A stretch of DNA of 64,000 nt from a bacterium (GTDB lineage Bacteria > Patescibacteriota > Dojkabacteria > SC72): assembly GCA_021108295.1 (NCBI GenBank), contig JAIORF010000005.1, forward strand, positions 72,531 to 136,530, read 5' to 3'. The position numbers were made by a program, and so were the translations under genes. Under the pieces are notes generated by a model, which was not told the origin of the DNA, did no database searches, and worked only from the letters and a program-made list of their open reading frames with translations. Positions 1-9,441 of this stretch are shown in pieces (position 1 is the first letter of the stretch; every line of letters starts with the position of its first letter).

Positions 1-1
1 A

Positions 2-544
2 GACTGCTTCTGCCAACCGATTATGTGAACCTACTACAAAATTCTCAAAGGTATATTTAGGATTAATCTGAGCTTTAAGTATAGACTTTTCTCTTAACTC
101 TCTTTCATTTTCTAAATCAGAGAACAGGGTTTTAGAGCCTTTCTTTTCTTCAGTGACTATCTTTTTACTATCGAAATATTCATAATTCTTTTTTGTAAGA
201 TGGTGAGTATTACCCACTCTAGTCTTCACATTGATAGAGAGATCACATCCTGTGGATTGGTGTAAACAATCTTTGAGTGTTTGAAGGTATTCGTTAGTAA
301 TTGTTACTTTTTGAATATCGTTTGCACAAGAGAGTTCTACTATGCCGTTGGAAATGGCTGTAATATAGGTGTTGGAGAACCAAGCGTTGAAATTGTGATC
401 GCTTATCTTAATCCTTAACAACTCTTTTACAGCTAACCACGTTTTGTCGGCATCTAATTTTCCCTGTTTTTTAAACTTTCTCATCTGATCAACAGGAATC
501 TTTGGGACTGTCTTTATGTATTTTTCGAAATCAGCTTTCTCCAT
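2..544 (-). CDS. dnaA: Chromosomal replication initiator DnaA (5' part; runs off window start)
   Basis: Manual translation from ATG 544: MEKADFEKY...HNFNAWFSNT...INPKYTFENFVVGSHNRLAEAV (DnaA domain I and start of AAA+ domain); divergent from rpmH. Confidence 0.95.
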   Translation of the reverse strand, partial: MEKADFEKYIKTVPKIPVDQMRKFKKQGKLDADKTWLAVKELLRIKISDHNFNAWFSNTYITAISNGIVELSCANDIQKVTITNEYLQTLKDCLHQSTGCDLSINVKTRVGNTHHLTKKNYEYFDSKKIVTEEKKGSKTLFSDLENERELREKSILKAQINPKYTFENFVVGSHNRLAEAV

Positions 545-634
545 AAACAAAAGTTGTTTAACTAAAAATGAGGCAGTTTGGGCAGTCGATAGTCGATTGG
601 GACTACTTCTTTATTATATACATATTTTCTGACT

Positions 635-643
635 TGTGGATAG
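635..643 (-). promoter_or_regulatory. DnaA box (1 mismatch) in AT-rich dnaA-rpmH intergenic region
   Basis: TGTGGATAG = CTATCCACA versus consensus TTATCCACA, upstream of dnaA. Confidence 0.55.
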
Positions 644-802
644 TTTTATAGAATATTATTAAATATCCTTATTTAAAAGCACAAAACGAGGTAATGTTTT
701 TGTAAGATTTTTAAAACACCATATTTAAGTAGGAAAAATCCCCATTTGCCATATTTAATATATTCGGATATAATTGGACCGTTAAAATACATTGTTAAAG
801 TT

Positions 803-985
803 ATGAAAAGAACATATCAACCAAAGAAAATTAAGAGAATTAGAAAGTTTGGATTTAGAGCTAGGAGAAAGACTGTAGGAGGAAGAAGAGTTTTGAAGAA
901 CAGGAGACGTAAGGGAAGAACACAGCTTTCTGCAAGTGAAGAGTTTAGGCTTTTAAGAAAACTTCCTAAAAAGACGCAGAGATAG
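803..985 (+). CDS. rpmH: 50S ribosomal protein L34 (start at ATG 803)
   Basis: [21 protein letters not shown]...[13 protein letters not shown]; canonical position. Confidence 0.95.
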   Translation: MKRTYQPKKIKRIRKFGFRARRKTVGGRRVLKNRRRKGRTQLSASEEFRLLRKLPKKTQR

Positions 986-998
986 TATATAATAGGGA

Positions 999-1352
999 AT
1001 GCTACAAAAAAGATATAGATTGCCTGCAAGGCTTTTCAAACAGATTTATGATAAGGGTAAGAAATTTCGCAGTGATTGTGGGATGTTGGTTGCACTACCC
1101 TATTCGGGAGATATTACCCCTAAGTTTGGGTTTGTGGTGAGTAAAAAGGTTGGTAATGCTCCCAAAAGGCATAGGATGACTAGAGTTCTTAGAGCTATTG
1201 TTCATGAGTCAATTAAGGAACTTGAGTTAAATGATAATGGGTATGTGTATGAATTTGTTGCCTTTAAATTTTGTGATGACTACTCTACTCTTAAAGAGGA
1301 GTTTCAATCTTTACTTAAACAGTCGATGAATGATGAGGGAAATACTTCTTAA
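999..1352 (+). CDS. rnpA: Ribonuclease P protein component
   Basis: FGFVVSKKVGNAPKRHRMTR (RNR-motif variant); synteny. Confidence 0.92.
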   Translation: MLQKRYRLPARLFKQIYDKGKKFRSDCGMLVALPYSGDITPKFGFVVSKKVGNAPKRHRMTRVLRAIVHESIKELELNDNGYVYEFVAFKFCDDYSTLKEEFQSLLKQSMNDEGNTS

Positions 1353-1572
1353 AATAATTAGAGTTTACCAAAAGACACTTTCTCTTGATCATGGGATGTT
1401 GGGAAAAATATTTCCTAACAGAAGGCATTGTAAGTTTACTCCTACCTGTTCACAATATTGTTATCATGCTGTTGAAAAGTATGGGATATTTAAAGGAGGA
1501 GCACTTGGTCTTAGGAGGGTAGTTAGGTGTAATCCTTGGGCAGAGACAGGTCAGTACGATCCTGTTTTATAA
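1330..1572 (+). CDS. yidD: Membrane protein insertion efficiency factor YidD
   Basis: CKFTPTCSQY...RCNPW motif; synteny. Confidence 0.93.
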   Translation: MMREILLKIIRVYQKTLSLDHGMLGKIFPNRRHCKFTPTCSQYCYHAVEKYGIFKGGALGLRRVVRCNPWAETGQYDPVL

Positions 1573-1632
1573 TCTTTAGCCAAGAAGTTTAATTTAAGGT
1601 ATAATCCAAGAGTTTATTTTGAAAGCAATCCT

Positions 1633-2493
1633 ATGTTAGCAACTATATGGAATACAATTTTGACCTATCCTGTTCTCAACCTTATGGCAGTTCTTTACCA
1701 TTTGTTGTGGGATAATCTAGGTTTAGCAATCATCGTTATCGCCTCTATTTCTCGTCTAGCACTAATCCCTCTTACAAAGAATCAGACAGAAATGACTAGG
1801 AAGATGGCTTCGCTTAAGCCAGAGCTGGATAAGCTACAGAAGAAGTATGCTAATAACTCGAAGAAATTAAGCGAAGAGCAGATGAAGTTGTATAAGAAGG
1901 AGGGATACAATCCTTTGGGTTGTGTTGGGAGTTTAGTTCCTCAACTAATTATTCTTTCCGTATTAATAGGTGTGATAAGAGCTGTGACTAGTGGCGAGGT
2001 AGAGGGTTTGTATGATTTTGTTCTTACTTGGGTAAGCAATGGTAGTGGAGAATTTGGTATCAATCCTGCCTTCTTAGGTTTGGATCTAACTCTAAGTTAC
2101 AACGAATTGTCTGCTGAATTTGGGAGGTTTGCACCTAACGTATTGCCTTACTTGGGCCTTGCATTGGTTGTCGGTTTAGTGCAGTTTGTTGCTACTAAAT
2201 TCACAACTATGATACAGAATCCAGACAAGGTTCAGAAGAAGAAAGGGAGCTTAGTAAAGGGTGGAGAGCCAAATGTTGCTGGTATGCAGGAGAGTATGCA
2301 GAGTTCTATGTTATTGATGTTTCCAATTATGACGATATTTATCACAGTTAGTGCACCTGCAGCTTTAGGATTGTATTGGATAGTCCAGTCGTTTATGTTA
2401 ATAGTTCAATATTTTATCATCGATTTTGACAAAAGCAAGAAGGGGGTACAGAATGTGTTTACTATGTTTAGGGAGAAGTTGAGTAAGAAATAA
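1633..2493 (+). CDS. yidC: Membrane protein insertase YidC/Oxa1 (short form)
   Basis: LKPELDKLQKKY, LYKKEGYNPLGC, PAALGLYWIV. Confidence 0.93.
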   Translation: MLATIWNTILTYPVLNLMAVLYHLLWDNLGLAIIVIASISRLALIPLTKNQTEMTRKMASLKPELDKLQKKYANNSKKLSEEQMKLYKKEGYNPLGCVGSLVPQLIILSVLIGVIRAVTSGEVEGLYDFVLTWVSNGSGEFGINPAFLGLDLTLSYNELSAEFGRFAPNVLPYLGLALVVGLVQFVATKFTTMIQNPDKVQKKKGSLVKGGEPNVAGMQESMQSSMLLMFPIMTIFITVSAPAALGLYWIVQSFMLIVQYFIIDFDKSKKGVQNVFTMFREKLSKK

Positions 2494-2513
2494 AATTTTA
2501 TTAATATATATTT

Positions 2514-3044
2514 ATGAATAGTAAAGAGTTAACAAAGATTGTGGATAAAGAGATAGGGAAGTTTATCGATCTTTCAGGTGTGAATGCAACCTATGACTGT
2601 GATATTGAAGAGGTAGATGGCGTTACCAATATTAATGTTGCTTTTGAGGGGGATAATTTAGGGTATATGATAGGGAGTCATGGTAGGCATTTGGACTCTT
2701 TGCAATATATCTTACAGTTGTTAATAAGGAGAGTGATAAACGATGATGAGTTTTCTTTTAGGCTTACATTGGATGTTGCAGAGTATAGAAAGGAGAGGAA
2801 TGAGACAATAGAAAAGATGGCTCTTGCAAAGGCAGATGATGCTAGGGTGTTGGGAGATTCTATAGATCTTGTTCCTATGAAGCCTTACGACAGAAGGGTT
2901 GTACATATGGTGTTGGAGAAGTTTGAGGATATTAAAACAGAGAGTCATGGAGAGGGAAGAGATAGGTATGTAAGGATAGTTCCTTCAGCAGAGATTGATA
3001 TGGACATTATGGACAAAGCGAATTCAGAGGATAGCGAAGAGTAA
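2514..3044 (+). CDS. jag: Jag/KhpB KH-R3H RNA-binding protein (no Jag_N domain)
   Basis: MIGSHGRHLDSLQY (KH), DRRVVH (R3H), TESHGEGRDRYV; follows yidC. Confidence 0.85.
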   Translation: MNSKELTKIVDKEIGKFIDLSGVNATYDCDIEEVDGVTNINVAFEGDNLGYMIGSHGRHLDSLQYILQLLIRRVINDDEFSFRLTLDVAEYRKERNETIEKMALAKADDARVLGDSIDLVPMKPYDRRVVHMVLEKFEDIKTESHGEGRDRYVRIVPSAEIDMDIMDKANSEDSEE

Positions 3045-3066
3045 GAGAGTTCTGTTACAATAGGGT

Positions 3067-4443
3067 ATGAAATTTGTAGAGATATTCAAAAGGCATTGGT
3101 ATTTAGCTATAACGGTTGTACTCATTGCTTCTATATTGCCTCTTCACTCTGAGAATTTATACAAGGTTTTAGTAATTGGTATTGTCATAATCCTGTGGTG
3201 TTTGTTAGGTGTTTTATTAAAGAAGTTTTCATTAGCTTCCCTATTAATTATCCTTTTAATACTTCCTTTTAACATTACCTACCAACTTCCCTACTCTATA
3301 TATGGTATTACTTTATCAGAGCCTTTTGTGAATGGAGTGATTGTTAACTATCTTATTCCTACAATCACTATCCTAGATATTGGAGTTTTTCTTCTTTTGC
3401 TATCATTATTCTTTGAGAAGAGAGTTAGTTTAGAGTGGAAGGGGTTTTCTTTTCTAAAAATCTTTATACTTTTCATATTATATCTTTTAGTTCAAAACTT
3501 CGTAGTTGGAGAATTGGTTAGTGTTTTGAATTCCTTAAGGCTTCTTTTGTACGTTTTTACTTTCTACCAATTATCCTTAAATATTAAGAAATTACTAAAT
3601 CAAAAAGTTTTAAGGTATGTTTTAGGGATTTCAATATTCTTAGTAGTAATTCAAGGGGTTGTTGCTTTAATCCAGTTTACTGGAGGAACTTCGCTGGGAA
3701 TAGCTTTCTTAGGAGAGTCTCAGGTAGTTAGTGGTATGATGGGTTCCAGTTTTCTTACTTTGAATGGTCAGTTATATTTAAGGGGTTATGGAACATTTCC
3801 TCATCCTAATGTTTTTAGTGGTTGGTTGGTGTTTAATATGTTTTTGGGTTGGTATCTGTTTGAGAGAATGAAGAGTAGGAGGGATTTTCCTGTTGTTCTG
3901 ATGAGTCTTTCTTCATTAGTTTTGGTTCTTACTTTCTCAAGGGTTGGTCTTTTGGTTTGTGGTATTGTTTGGGTTGTTTTTGTTATTAATCTTTTGTTTA
4001 AGATTAATTTTAGGGGTAAGACTTTCTCTTTTGTTGGTTTAATGTCAGAGAGGGTTCTTAATTTGGTTGGTGGTGGGGATAGTAGTTGGAGTGAGAGGGT
4101 TGAGTTGATGAGGTGCTCTTTCCTAGTTATTAAGAACAATTTGTTGTGTGGTGTTGGTTTGGGTAGGTTTGTGTCTAGTATGGGAGAGGGTACTCCTCGG
4201 AGTGGTAATGGTATATTGTTGTTACAGCCTGTTCATAATGTTTTTCTTTTGAGTATTTGTGAGTTAGGGGTAGTAGGTAGTGGTTTGTGGGGAACTTTGT
4301 TGTATTTCTTTTTAAAGAAGAGGAGATTCACAGTAAGGTTTATTACTGTTTTAGCATGTTTATTTATTATTGGTATGTTTGATCACTACTTGTTTAGTTT
4401 AGGACAGGGGTTGGTGATATTTTTAATGTTGTTGAGCATTTAG
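3067..4443 (+). CDS. O-antigen ligase (Wzy_C) family membrane protein
   Basis: RGYGTFPHPNVF, LTFSR, GVGLGRF, PVHNVFL; many TM segments. Confidence 0.8.
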   Translation: MKFVEIFKRHWYLAITVVLIASILPLHSENLYKVLVIGIVIILWCLLGVLLKKFSLASLLIILLILPFNITYQLPYSIYGITLSEPFVNGVIVNYLIPTITILDIGVFLLLLSLFFEKRVSLEWKGFSFLKIFILFILYLLVQNFVVGELVSVLNSLRLLLYVFTFYQLSLNIKKLLNQKVLRYVLGISIFLVVIQGVVALIQFTGGTSLGIAFLGESQVVSGMMGSSFLTLNGQLYLRGYGTFPHPNVFSGWLVFNMFLGWYLFERMKSRRDFPVVLMSLSSLVLVLTFSRVGLLVCGIVWVVFVINLLFKINFRGKTFSFVGLMSERVLNLVGGGDSSWSERVELMRCSFLVIKNNLLCGVGLGRFVSSMGEGTPRSGNGILLLQPVHNVFLLSICELGVVGSGLWGTLLYFFLKKRRFTVRFITVLACLFIIGMFDHYLFSLGQGLVIFLMLLSI

Positions 4444-4460
4444 GATTAGGGAGGTAATTC

Positions 4461-4501
4461 AGGAGGTGTCTATGTTTGTGTTTATAAACACCTCCTTTTT
4501 C
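4461..4501. terminator. Hairpin with T tract between convergent genes
   Basis: AGGAGGTGTCTAT-N10-ATAAACACCTCCT followed by TTTT. Confidence 0.7.
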
Positions 4502-4506
4502 TTTGC

Positions 4507-4785
4507 TTAATTCAAATTAAACAGAATCTGTATGGAGAAATCCTCTAGGAGAACTTCTACCCCTGTTATGGAGTCATAGCTTTTTAAGAGCTCTACAAAT
4601 TCGTCAATGACATGGGGTAAATCCGGGTGCTCGAAGACCGCGCAGGCCAAATCTGTATCATCCGAAAGGATGATCGCCCCTAACGTTCCGCTGCAATGCG
4701 AAAAGTCCTCCTTTGCGAGCAACTTGGATAAACCCTTTACGCTATCAGCTTCTATTACAATATCTCCCATCTTGAACTTGTACAT
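4507..4785 (-). CDS. Hypothetical protein (92 aa) with own promoter and SD
   Basis: SD AAGGAG before ATG; TTGCTT-17-TATAAT at 4857..4829; GC visibly above background. Confidence 0.65.
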   Translation of the reverse strand: MYKFKMGDIVIEADSVKGLSKLLAKEDFSHCSGTLGAIILSDDTDLACAVFEHPDLPHVIDEFVELLKSYDSITGVEVLLEDFSIQILFNLN

Positions 4786-4922
4786 TGTACACTCCTTTTC
4801 TGTCTAGTTTTGAAAAAGCCAATAATAGATTATATCAGCGAGGTAACTCAAAAGCAACACTATAGGGTGCTGAAGCATACGGAGGTTTACTTAAAGAGAC
4901 ATTAATCTTTCCTAGATTTCTC

Positions 4923-5189
4923 CTACTTCTTCCATCTTTCTAACTTAGGAATTCCTCGTGTTAATAGCCATGCCATAATTCCATTCATTCCATCCTTTTT
5001 AATCTCTTCAACACAATATTTCTGGAATTTCTTAGCAGTATCTATATGCGCAGGAGTTAAAAACTTTCCATTTGCATAACACATGGAGCAGTACATCTTA
5101 TTTATTGTTCCATCTGTGTTTGTTCCACCACCCTTCTTATCCTTTTCCATAGGATAGCCACAGCTTTGACAAAATTTATTTTCTTTCAT
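4923..5189 (-). CDS. Putative zinc-ribbon domain protein (start ATG 5189)
   Basis: FCQSCGYPM...GTNTDGT...YCSMCY...IPKLERW. Confidence 0.8.
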   Translation of the reverse strand: MKENKFCQSCGYPMEKDKKGGGTNTDGTINKMYCSMCYANGKFLTPAHIDTAKKFQKYCVEEIKKDGMNGIMAWLLTRGIPKLERWKK

Positions 5190-5264
5190 ATTAATAATTA
5201 CTAACAAATTAATATTTAAAGTATATATGCGTTTAGGGAAAGGGGCAAGGAGTGGGAAGAATCC

Positions 5265-6029
5265 CTATTTTATTAACTCTTTAATAAACTTCTCAAACTT
5301 TTTCTCAGACATTAATTCGTGTGTTTTAAACTCTCCATTATAATAAATCCCTAGTGTGCCGAATGGACTGCCTAATTCTTGGGCTTCTTTGTAATTCTTT
5401 AGATGAATAACTTTGCAAGGGATCTTTTTGTTTTTGCAAATATTGGATAATAGGCCAACATACTTTTCCATAAAGGGGCATTGGTTTGAATAAATAAAGG
5501 TAAAGCCTTTTTTGCTTTTACATACCCCTTCTTTAACATTTTTAGTAAAAGAAGGACTCTTAGCAGTTTTATTAAACTTCAAGACTAGAAGTTCAAAGTA
5601 TGGAGGAGTAGAATCTACGACCTCGAAGTCGTTGTGTTCATAAAACTTTTTATCAGTTAAGAAGGGCATGACCTTAGTGCTTGTGATGACTGCAATACCG
5701 TCTTTCTTCTGCTTCTTGCTGTCTTTAATACACTCACTTAGTAGTTTTGTAGCAATTCCTTTACCTTTAAATCTTCCAGAAACCCATAGGCAATTAATAA
5801 CCATGTAGTTTTTTCCAGTTATTGGCTTCCAGACCTTTTCGATTGGCATATATTCTATGAATATTTTTCCTCTTTCATCTAATCTTTTGAAGACTAGTCC
5901 ATCATTGAACATTTCTTTCATCCAGTCTTTCTTTGTTTGAGCTCTTTCTTTGTTTTCTTTATCGTTTCCGATAGCGCAACAAATATGCTCTTGTTCAATG
6001 TTTTCTTTGTCTATGGTTATTATTTTCAT
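5265..6029 (-). CDS. YoaP-like GNAT N-acetyltransferase
   Basis: EHICCAI, INCLWVSGRFKGKG, YSNQCPF (YoaP C-terminal domain). Confidence 0.85.
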   Translation of the reverse strand: MKIITIDKENIEQEHICCAIGNDKENKERAQTKKDWMKEMFNDGLVFKRLDERGKIFIEYMPIEKVWKPITGKNYMVINCLWVSGRFKGKGIATKLLSECIKDSKKQKKDGIAVITSTKVMPFLTDKKFYEHNDFEVVDSTPPYFELLVLKFNKTAKSPSFTKNVKEGVCKSKKGFTFIYSNQCPFMEKYVGLLSNICKNKKIPCKVIHLKNYKEAQELGSPFGTLGIYYNGEFKTHELMSEKKFEKFIKELIK

Positions 6030-6054
6030 ACTTGTGGGAAAAAGAAATTATCTA

Positions 6055-6146
6055 TGGCGGAGAGGACAGGATTCGAACCTGCGGTACAGTTTGACCCGTA
6101 CGAACGCTTTCCAAGCGTTTCCTTTCGACCACTCAGGCACCTCTCC
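6055..6146 (-). tRNA. tRNA-Ser(GGA), CCA encoded
   Basis: GGAGAGG acceptor stem, AACGC-TTGGAAA-GCGTT anticodon arm, long variable arm, GGTTCGAATCC, 3' GCCA. Confidence 0.97.
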
Positions 6147-6147
6147 T

Positions 6148-6224
6148 TGGCGTACCTGGCCGGAATCGAACCGACAACCTACTGCTTAGAAGGCAATTGC
6201 TCTATCCAATTGAGCTACAGGTAC
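6148..6224 (-). tRNA. tRNA-Arg(TCT), CCA encoded
   Basis: GTACCTG acceptor stem, ATTGC-CTTCTAA-GCAGT anticodon arm, GGTTCGATTCC, 3' GCCA. Confidence 0.97.
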
Positions 6225-6266
6225 ATTACAGGCTTATTTTATCAGAAAAGGAGCAATTCTTAAATA

Positions 6267-8147
6267 CTAATCACTGTTTTCTACCATATCCTGTTTTATT
6301 TCTACATTTACCCTTCCCTGTCTAGAGGGGAAGTGGCGTAGTTTCTGAGGAAAACTCTCCGGTGTAAATACTACAAGAGGGTCTCTTGAAGTGAAGGAAA
6401 GATTTTTTACATACTCATTGCCCTCTTTCCAACTTAAACCCATTAAATCTTCTATTATCCCTTCCCTATCTATCTTCGGTTCTACTGAACTTGAAGCTAC
6501 TAACTTAATCATTACCTTCTTATCACTTTCTTCTACGGTTAATTCTTTTTCAATATCTCCTGTGAGTGTAAGGTTTAGACCCTCTTCACTATCGAAAAGG
6601 TTTTGGTTTAGTGCTGCTTCTGTAAGGAGTTTATGAAGGCCTTCATCTACTCCATGGGTGTAGTAATATGTTGCGGAAGAAACTACCTCTAGAGAAATAT
6701 CAGACGAATTTGTTTCTGTTCCTATTGCTACAGTAGTCTCTATACTCCCTTCCTTTACTTCACTTTCTATTGTCTTCTCTATTATCTCCCATCCATTCCC
6801 CATTTCATCAAGAGAGCTAAGAGATTCATCAGTAGCTATTTCTGTTAGTTCTTCTACTTTGTCATTTACATCACTCTGAGCAAGTACAGTGTAGGTCTCT
6901 TTAGAACCTCCAGTAAAGGCTTCTGAATTTACAGCATAGACTTTGGTGGAGTCATAGCCATCGATACTAAAATATTTACCAGAAGGGATATTGTATTCCT
7001 CTCCTACCTCTATAGCTTCTACACCAACTACGCCGTAATCGTTGCAGGTGACAGTCAAATCTCCTGTAAGTAGGTATTTTTTATCACCAGTCTCTATTTG
7101 ATGTCCTATGTATACACTTACAGCTTCGTCTGCATCAGTACAACCGTCGGGATTAATGTATGAGAGGGTGACACTACCTTTTGATTTCTCTCCTTTATAT
7201 GCCACGCCGGTAGCATCAACAGTGTCTGAAACACTTCTTTCAACACTTTCTGTTTTGATAGGGATTTCAAGTGCTTCAAAATCTATTTCATTGATATTCT
7301 CATTACCAGTAAAAACTTCTTCTATCTCTATCGGTTTTGATTGAATATGGAGAGTAACCTTTACGTATGGTGCAAATGAGTAGTAAAGAAAAGAGACAAG
7401 TAGGAGTACAAAGAAAAGAGGGATTACAATTTTAGGAAGAAGTCTAATGGTTTTATTCTTAAGATCACTAGGTTTAAGGTCTTTTTGTATAGAGGGTTTA
7501 TCTCTTTTAGTTTGTTTCTTCTTTCTCTTCAGCAGTTTTTTTAAGGAGAATTTCTTTTTTGGAATCTTCTTGGTAGGATCTGCAATGTTTTTGAAGTCTA
7601 CCTTTGTTAAATCATCTTGAGTTGGAGGAACATTAGCCCGGACTTTTGTGTTTATATCCTTATCTACTACTATTTCTATATCGTTTGAGCGATGTGAGCT
7701 AGCAGGTTTCTTTTCAGTTCGCTCTATCTTGTTTTTACTTAGCACAGAATTAACCCTTTCTTCAAAAGAGGTTATATTTTTTGATTTATACTCTTCAGGC
7801 AATTTATTTAACCTTTTGTTGCTAATGTCTAACCGTGTATTGAAACTAGTAGTAGTTTCTGTCCATAGCTCTTCTGTAGGGTTGGTAGGAGTATCTATTA
7901 CAGTAATTCCTGCAAGTTTTGCGTTTCTTACACCTGTGGGATGTTTGAGTATTTGTAAAATGAGTAGAGACTCTTTTTCATCTGCACTATCAAGAAGAAC
8001 TTTTAAGTTAATGGAACTAATTAGGATATCTGAGTCTTCTGCAAAGGTTAGGAGGACTCTCTTCGTGTCTGTATTTGATATTTCCCTGACAATATCTATT
8101 AGTTCATCTTCTGTTTTGACTACAATCTTTTTAAGTTTCTCTTTCAT
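6267..8147 (-). CDS. Single-pass membrane protein with baseplate-J-like extracellular region
   Basis: N-terminal alpha/beta domain, Lys-rich linker, one TM, then ATG-x-A-GSVT, VEAIEVGEEYNIP and NSEAFTGG motifs. Confidence 0.6.
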   Translation of the reverse strand: MKEKLKKIVVKTEDELIDIVREISNTDTKRVLLTFAEDSDILISSINLKVLLDSADEKESLLILQILKHPTGVRNAKLAGITVIDTPTNPTEELWTETTTSFNTRLDISNKRLNKLPEEYKSKNITSFEERVNSVLSKNKIERTEKKPASSHRSNDIEIVVDKDINTKVRANVPPTQDDLTKVDFKNIADPTKKIPKKKFSLKKLLKRKKKQTKRDKPSIQKDLKPSDLKNKTIRLLPKIVIPLFFVLLLVSFLYYSFAPYVKVTLHIQSKPIEIEEVFTGNENINEIDFEALEIPIKTESVERSVSDTVDATGVAYKGEKSKGSVTLSYINPDGCTDADEAVSVYIGHQIETGDKKYLLTGDLTVTCNDYGVVGVEAIEVGEEYNIPSGKYFSIDGYDSTKVYAVNSEAFTGGSKETYTVLAQSDVNDKVEELTEIATDESLSSLDEMGNGWEIIEKTIESEVKEGSIETTVAIGTETNSSDISLEVVSSATYYYTHGVDEGLHKLLTEAALNQNLFDSEEGLNLTLTGDIEKELTVEESDKKVMIKLVASSSVEPKIDREGIIEDLMGLSWKEGNEYVKNLSFTSRDPLVVFTPESFPQKLRHFPSRQGRVNVEIKQDMVENSD

Positions 8148-8148
8148 A

Positions 8149-9408
8149 TTAATCTCCTCCTACTATATTAATGTTTTTCTTTTCTATCTCTTGGTCATAT
8201 GCGAATTTTGCAAGAGAAGCTGGTGTGATGTCGTAAATGTTTTTAAGTTTACCACTACTGTCTGTAATATTGGCAAGGAGTTCTGGTGTAAAGATTTTGG
8301 TTTGTGGTACTACTGGAAAGGGAAGGAGTTTTTTCCAAGGGAACTCCATCATTACCTCTTTTATTTCTGGTAGTAGTGCTCCTCCACCACAAAGATATAT
8401 TTGCGAAGGGAATATGTCAACGTCATCGCAGGATTCCAGCGCTGCTTTTAGTGTTTTCATCCAAAGTTTTGAGGTACTGTAAGAGGCTTTTTGGATTTTT
8501 TTGGATAGTTCAGGAGTTAGTTCCTTTTGGGAGTATTTAATTTTTCTTTGTTCTGCGTATCTATATTCTAGGTTTAAGGTTCTTGAGATTTCTTTTGTAA
8601 ATACTCTTCCTCCAAAACCGAACATTTTAGTGTCTGTGATATTTCCTTTTTCAACTATTGCTATATCTGTAGTTCCTCCCCCTATATCTATGAAGATGGC
8701 GTTGAAGCTAGAGTCCGAGGATCCTGCGAATGCTCTAGCTACTGCAAATGGTTGGGACACTATGCCTAGGAGATTGAGTTTAAGGGAGTCTGCGACTTGT
8801 TTGAGTGCAGAGATGTATGTTTTGGGAGCGAAGGATGCGTAGAAGTGTAGTTTGACGTCTTTGCCTTTGTATCCTACCAAACTGTTTACGGGCATTCCTC
8901 CTATTTCTGTACCTGTGGGTGTGATGTGTAGTATGTCTATGTCTTCATATTTAAGTCCTATTCTTTGACTTAGGTCTTCTCTTCCCCCTTGTTCTATTCT
9001 GTTTTTGATTTTCGCTATTATCTTTTCTTCTTCTTTTTGTGTTACTTCGTTATCAAAGTTCTCCTCTCTTTGGTAATTTACAACAATGGAGACTCCTTGG
9101 ATGTATTCTCCTGCAATACCGATGATAACATTTCGAGGGAGTTCTTCTTCGAGGAGGTCTTTGGAGAGTTCGTCTATGCATAGTTTGCAGTTTTCTAGTA
9201 CAGTGTCTAAGTTGCGGATGATCCCTGATTTCATAGCATGTTCTTGTTGCTGTATCCTCGAGATTTTTTTAATATCTACACCTAGGTTGTTTGTAGAGAA
9301 AAGCATGCCTTTGAGCATCTCGGTACCGATGTCTAGGGCAATGCAATTTGATTGGTCTTCTAACAGATCTGTTTTGACAGTTTTTTTAAGAAAAGGCAGA
9401 TTTAACAT
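8149..9408 (-). CDS. FtsA/PilM/MreB-like actin-fold ATPase
   Basis: ALDIGTE, FIDIGGGTTD and LCGGGALL actin-family motifs. Confidence 0.8.
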   Translation of the reverse strand: MLNLPFLKKTVKTDLLEDQSNCIALDIGTEMLKGMLFSTNNLGVDIKKISRIQQQEHAMKSGIIRNLDTVLENCKLCIDELSKDLLEEELPRNVIIGIAGEYIQGVSIVVNYQREENFDNEVTQKEEEKIIAKIKNRIEQGGREDLSQRIGLKYEDIDILHITPTGTEIGGMPVNSLVGYKGKDVKLHFYASFAPKTYISALKQVADSLKLNLLGIVSQPFAVARAFAGSSDSSFNAIFIDIGGGTTDIAIVEKGNITDTKMFGFGGRVFTKEISRTLNLEYRYAEQRKIKYSQKELTPELSKKIQKASYSTSKLWMKTLKAALESCDDVDIFPSQIYLCGGGALLPEIKEVMMEFPWKKLLPFPVVPQTKIFTPELLANITDSSGKLKNIYDITPASLAKFAYDQEIEKKNINIVGGD

Positions 9409-9441
9409 TGTATTAGAAGTATATCACAAATTTAGAGTGTG

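Noticed and set aside
746-802. TTG-started N-terminal extension of rpmH in the ORF track
   Set aside because: The canonical L34 start MKRTYQP is at ATG 803.
545-802. oriC call for the dnaA-rpmH gap
   Set aside because: Only one near-consensus box is seen; the origin may lie downstream of dnaA, outside the window.
2540-2548. Perfect DnaA box TGTGGATAA inside jag
   Set aside because: Single and intragenic; plausible by chance.
4445-6054. Prophage or ICE integrated at tRNA-Ser
   Set aside because: No integrase and no duplicated tRNA 3' end found.
5937-6263. + strand ORFs over 5937-6263
   Set aside because: Antisense shadows of the two tRNAs.
6267-8147. Prophage inferred from the baseplate-J-like domain
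   Set aside because: The protein is membrane-anchored, sits among housekeeping genes and has no other phage genes nearby.
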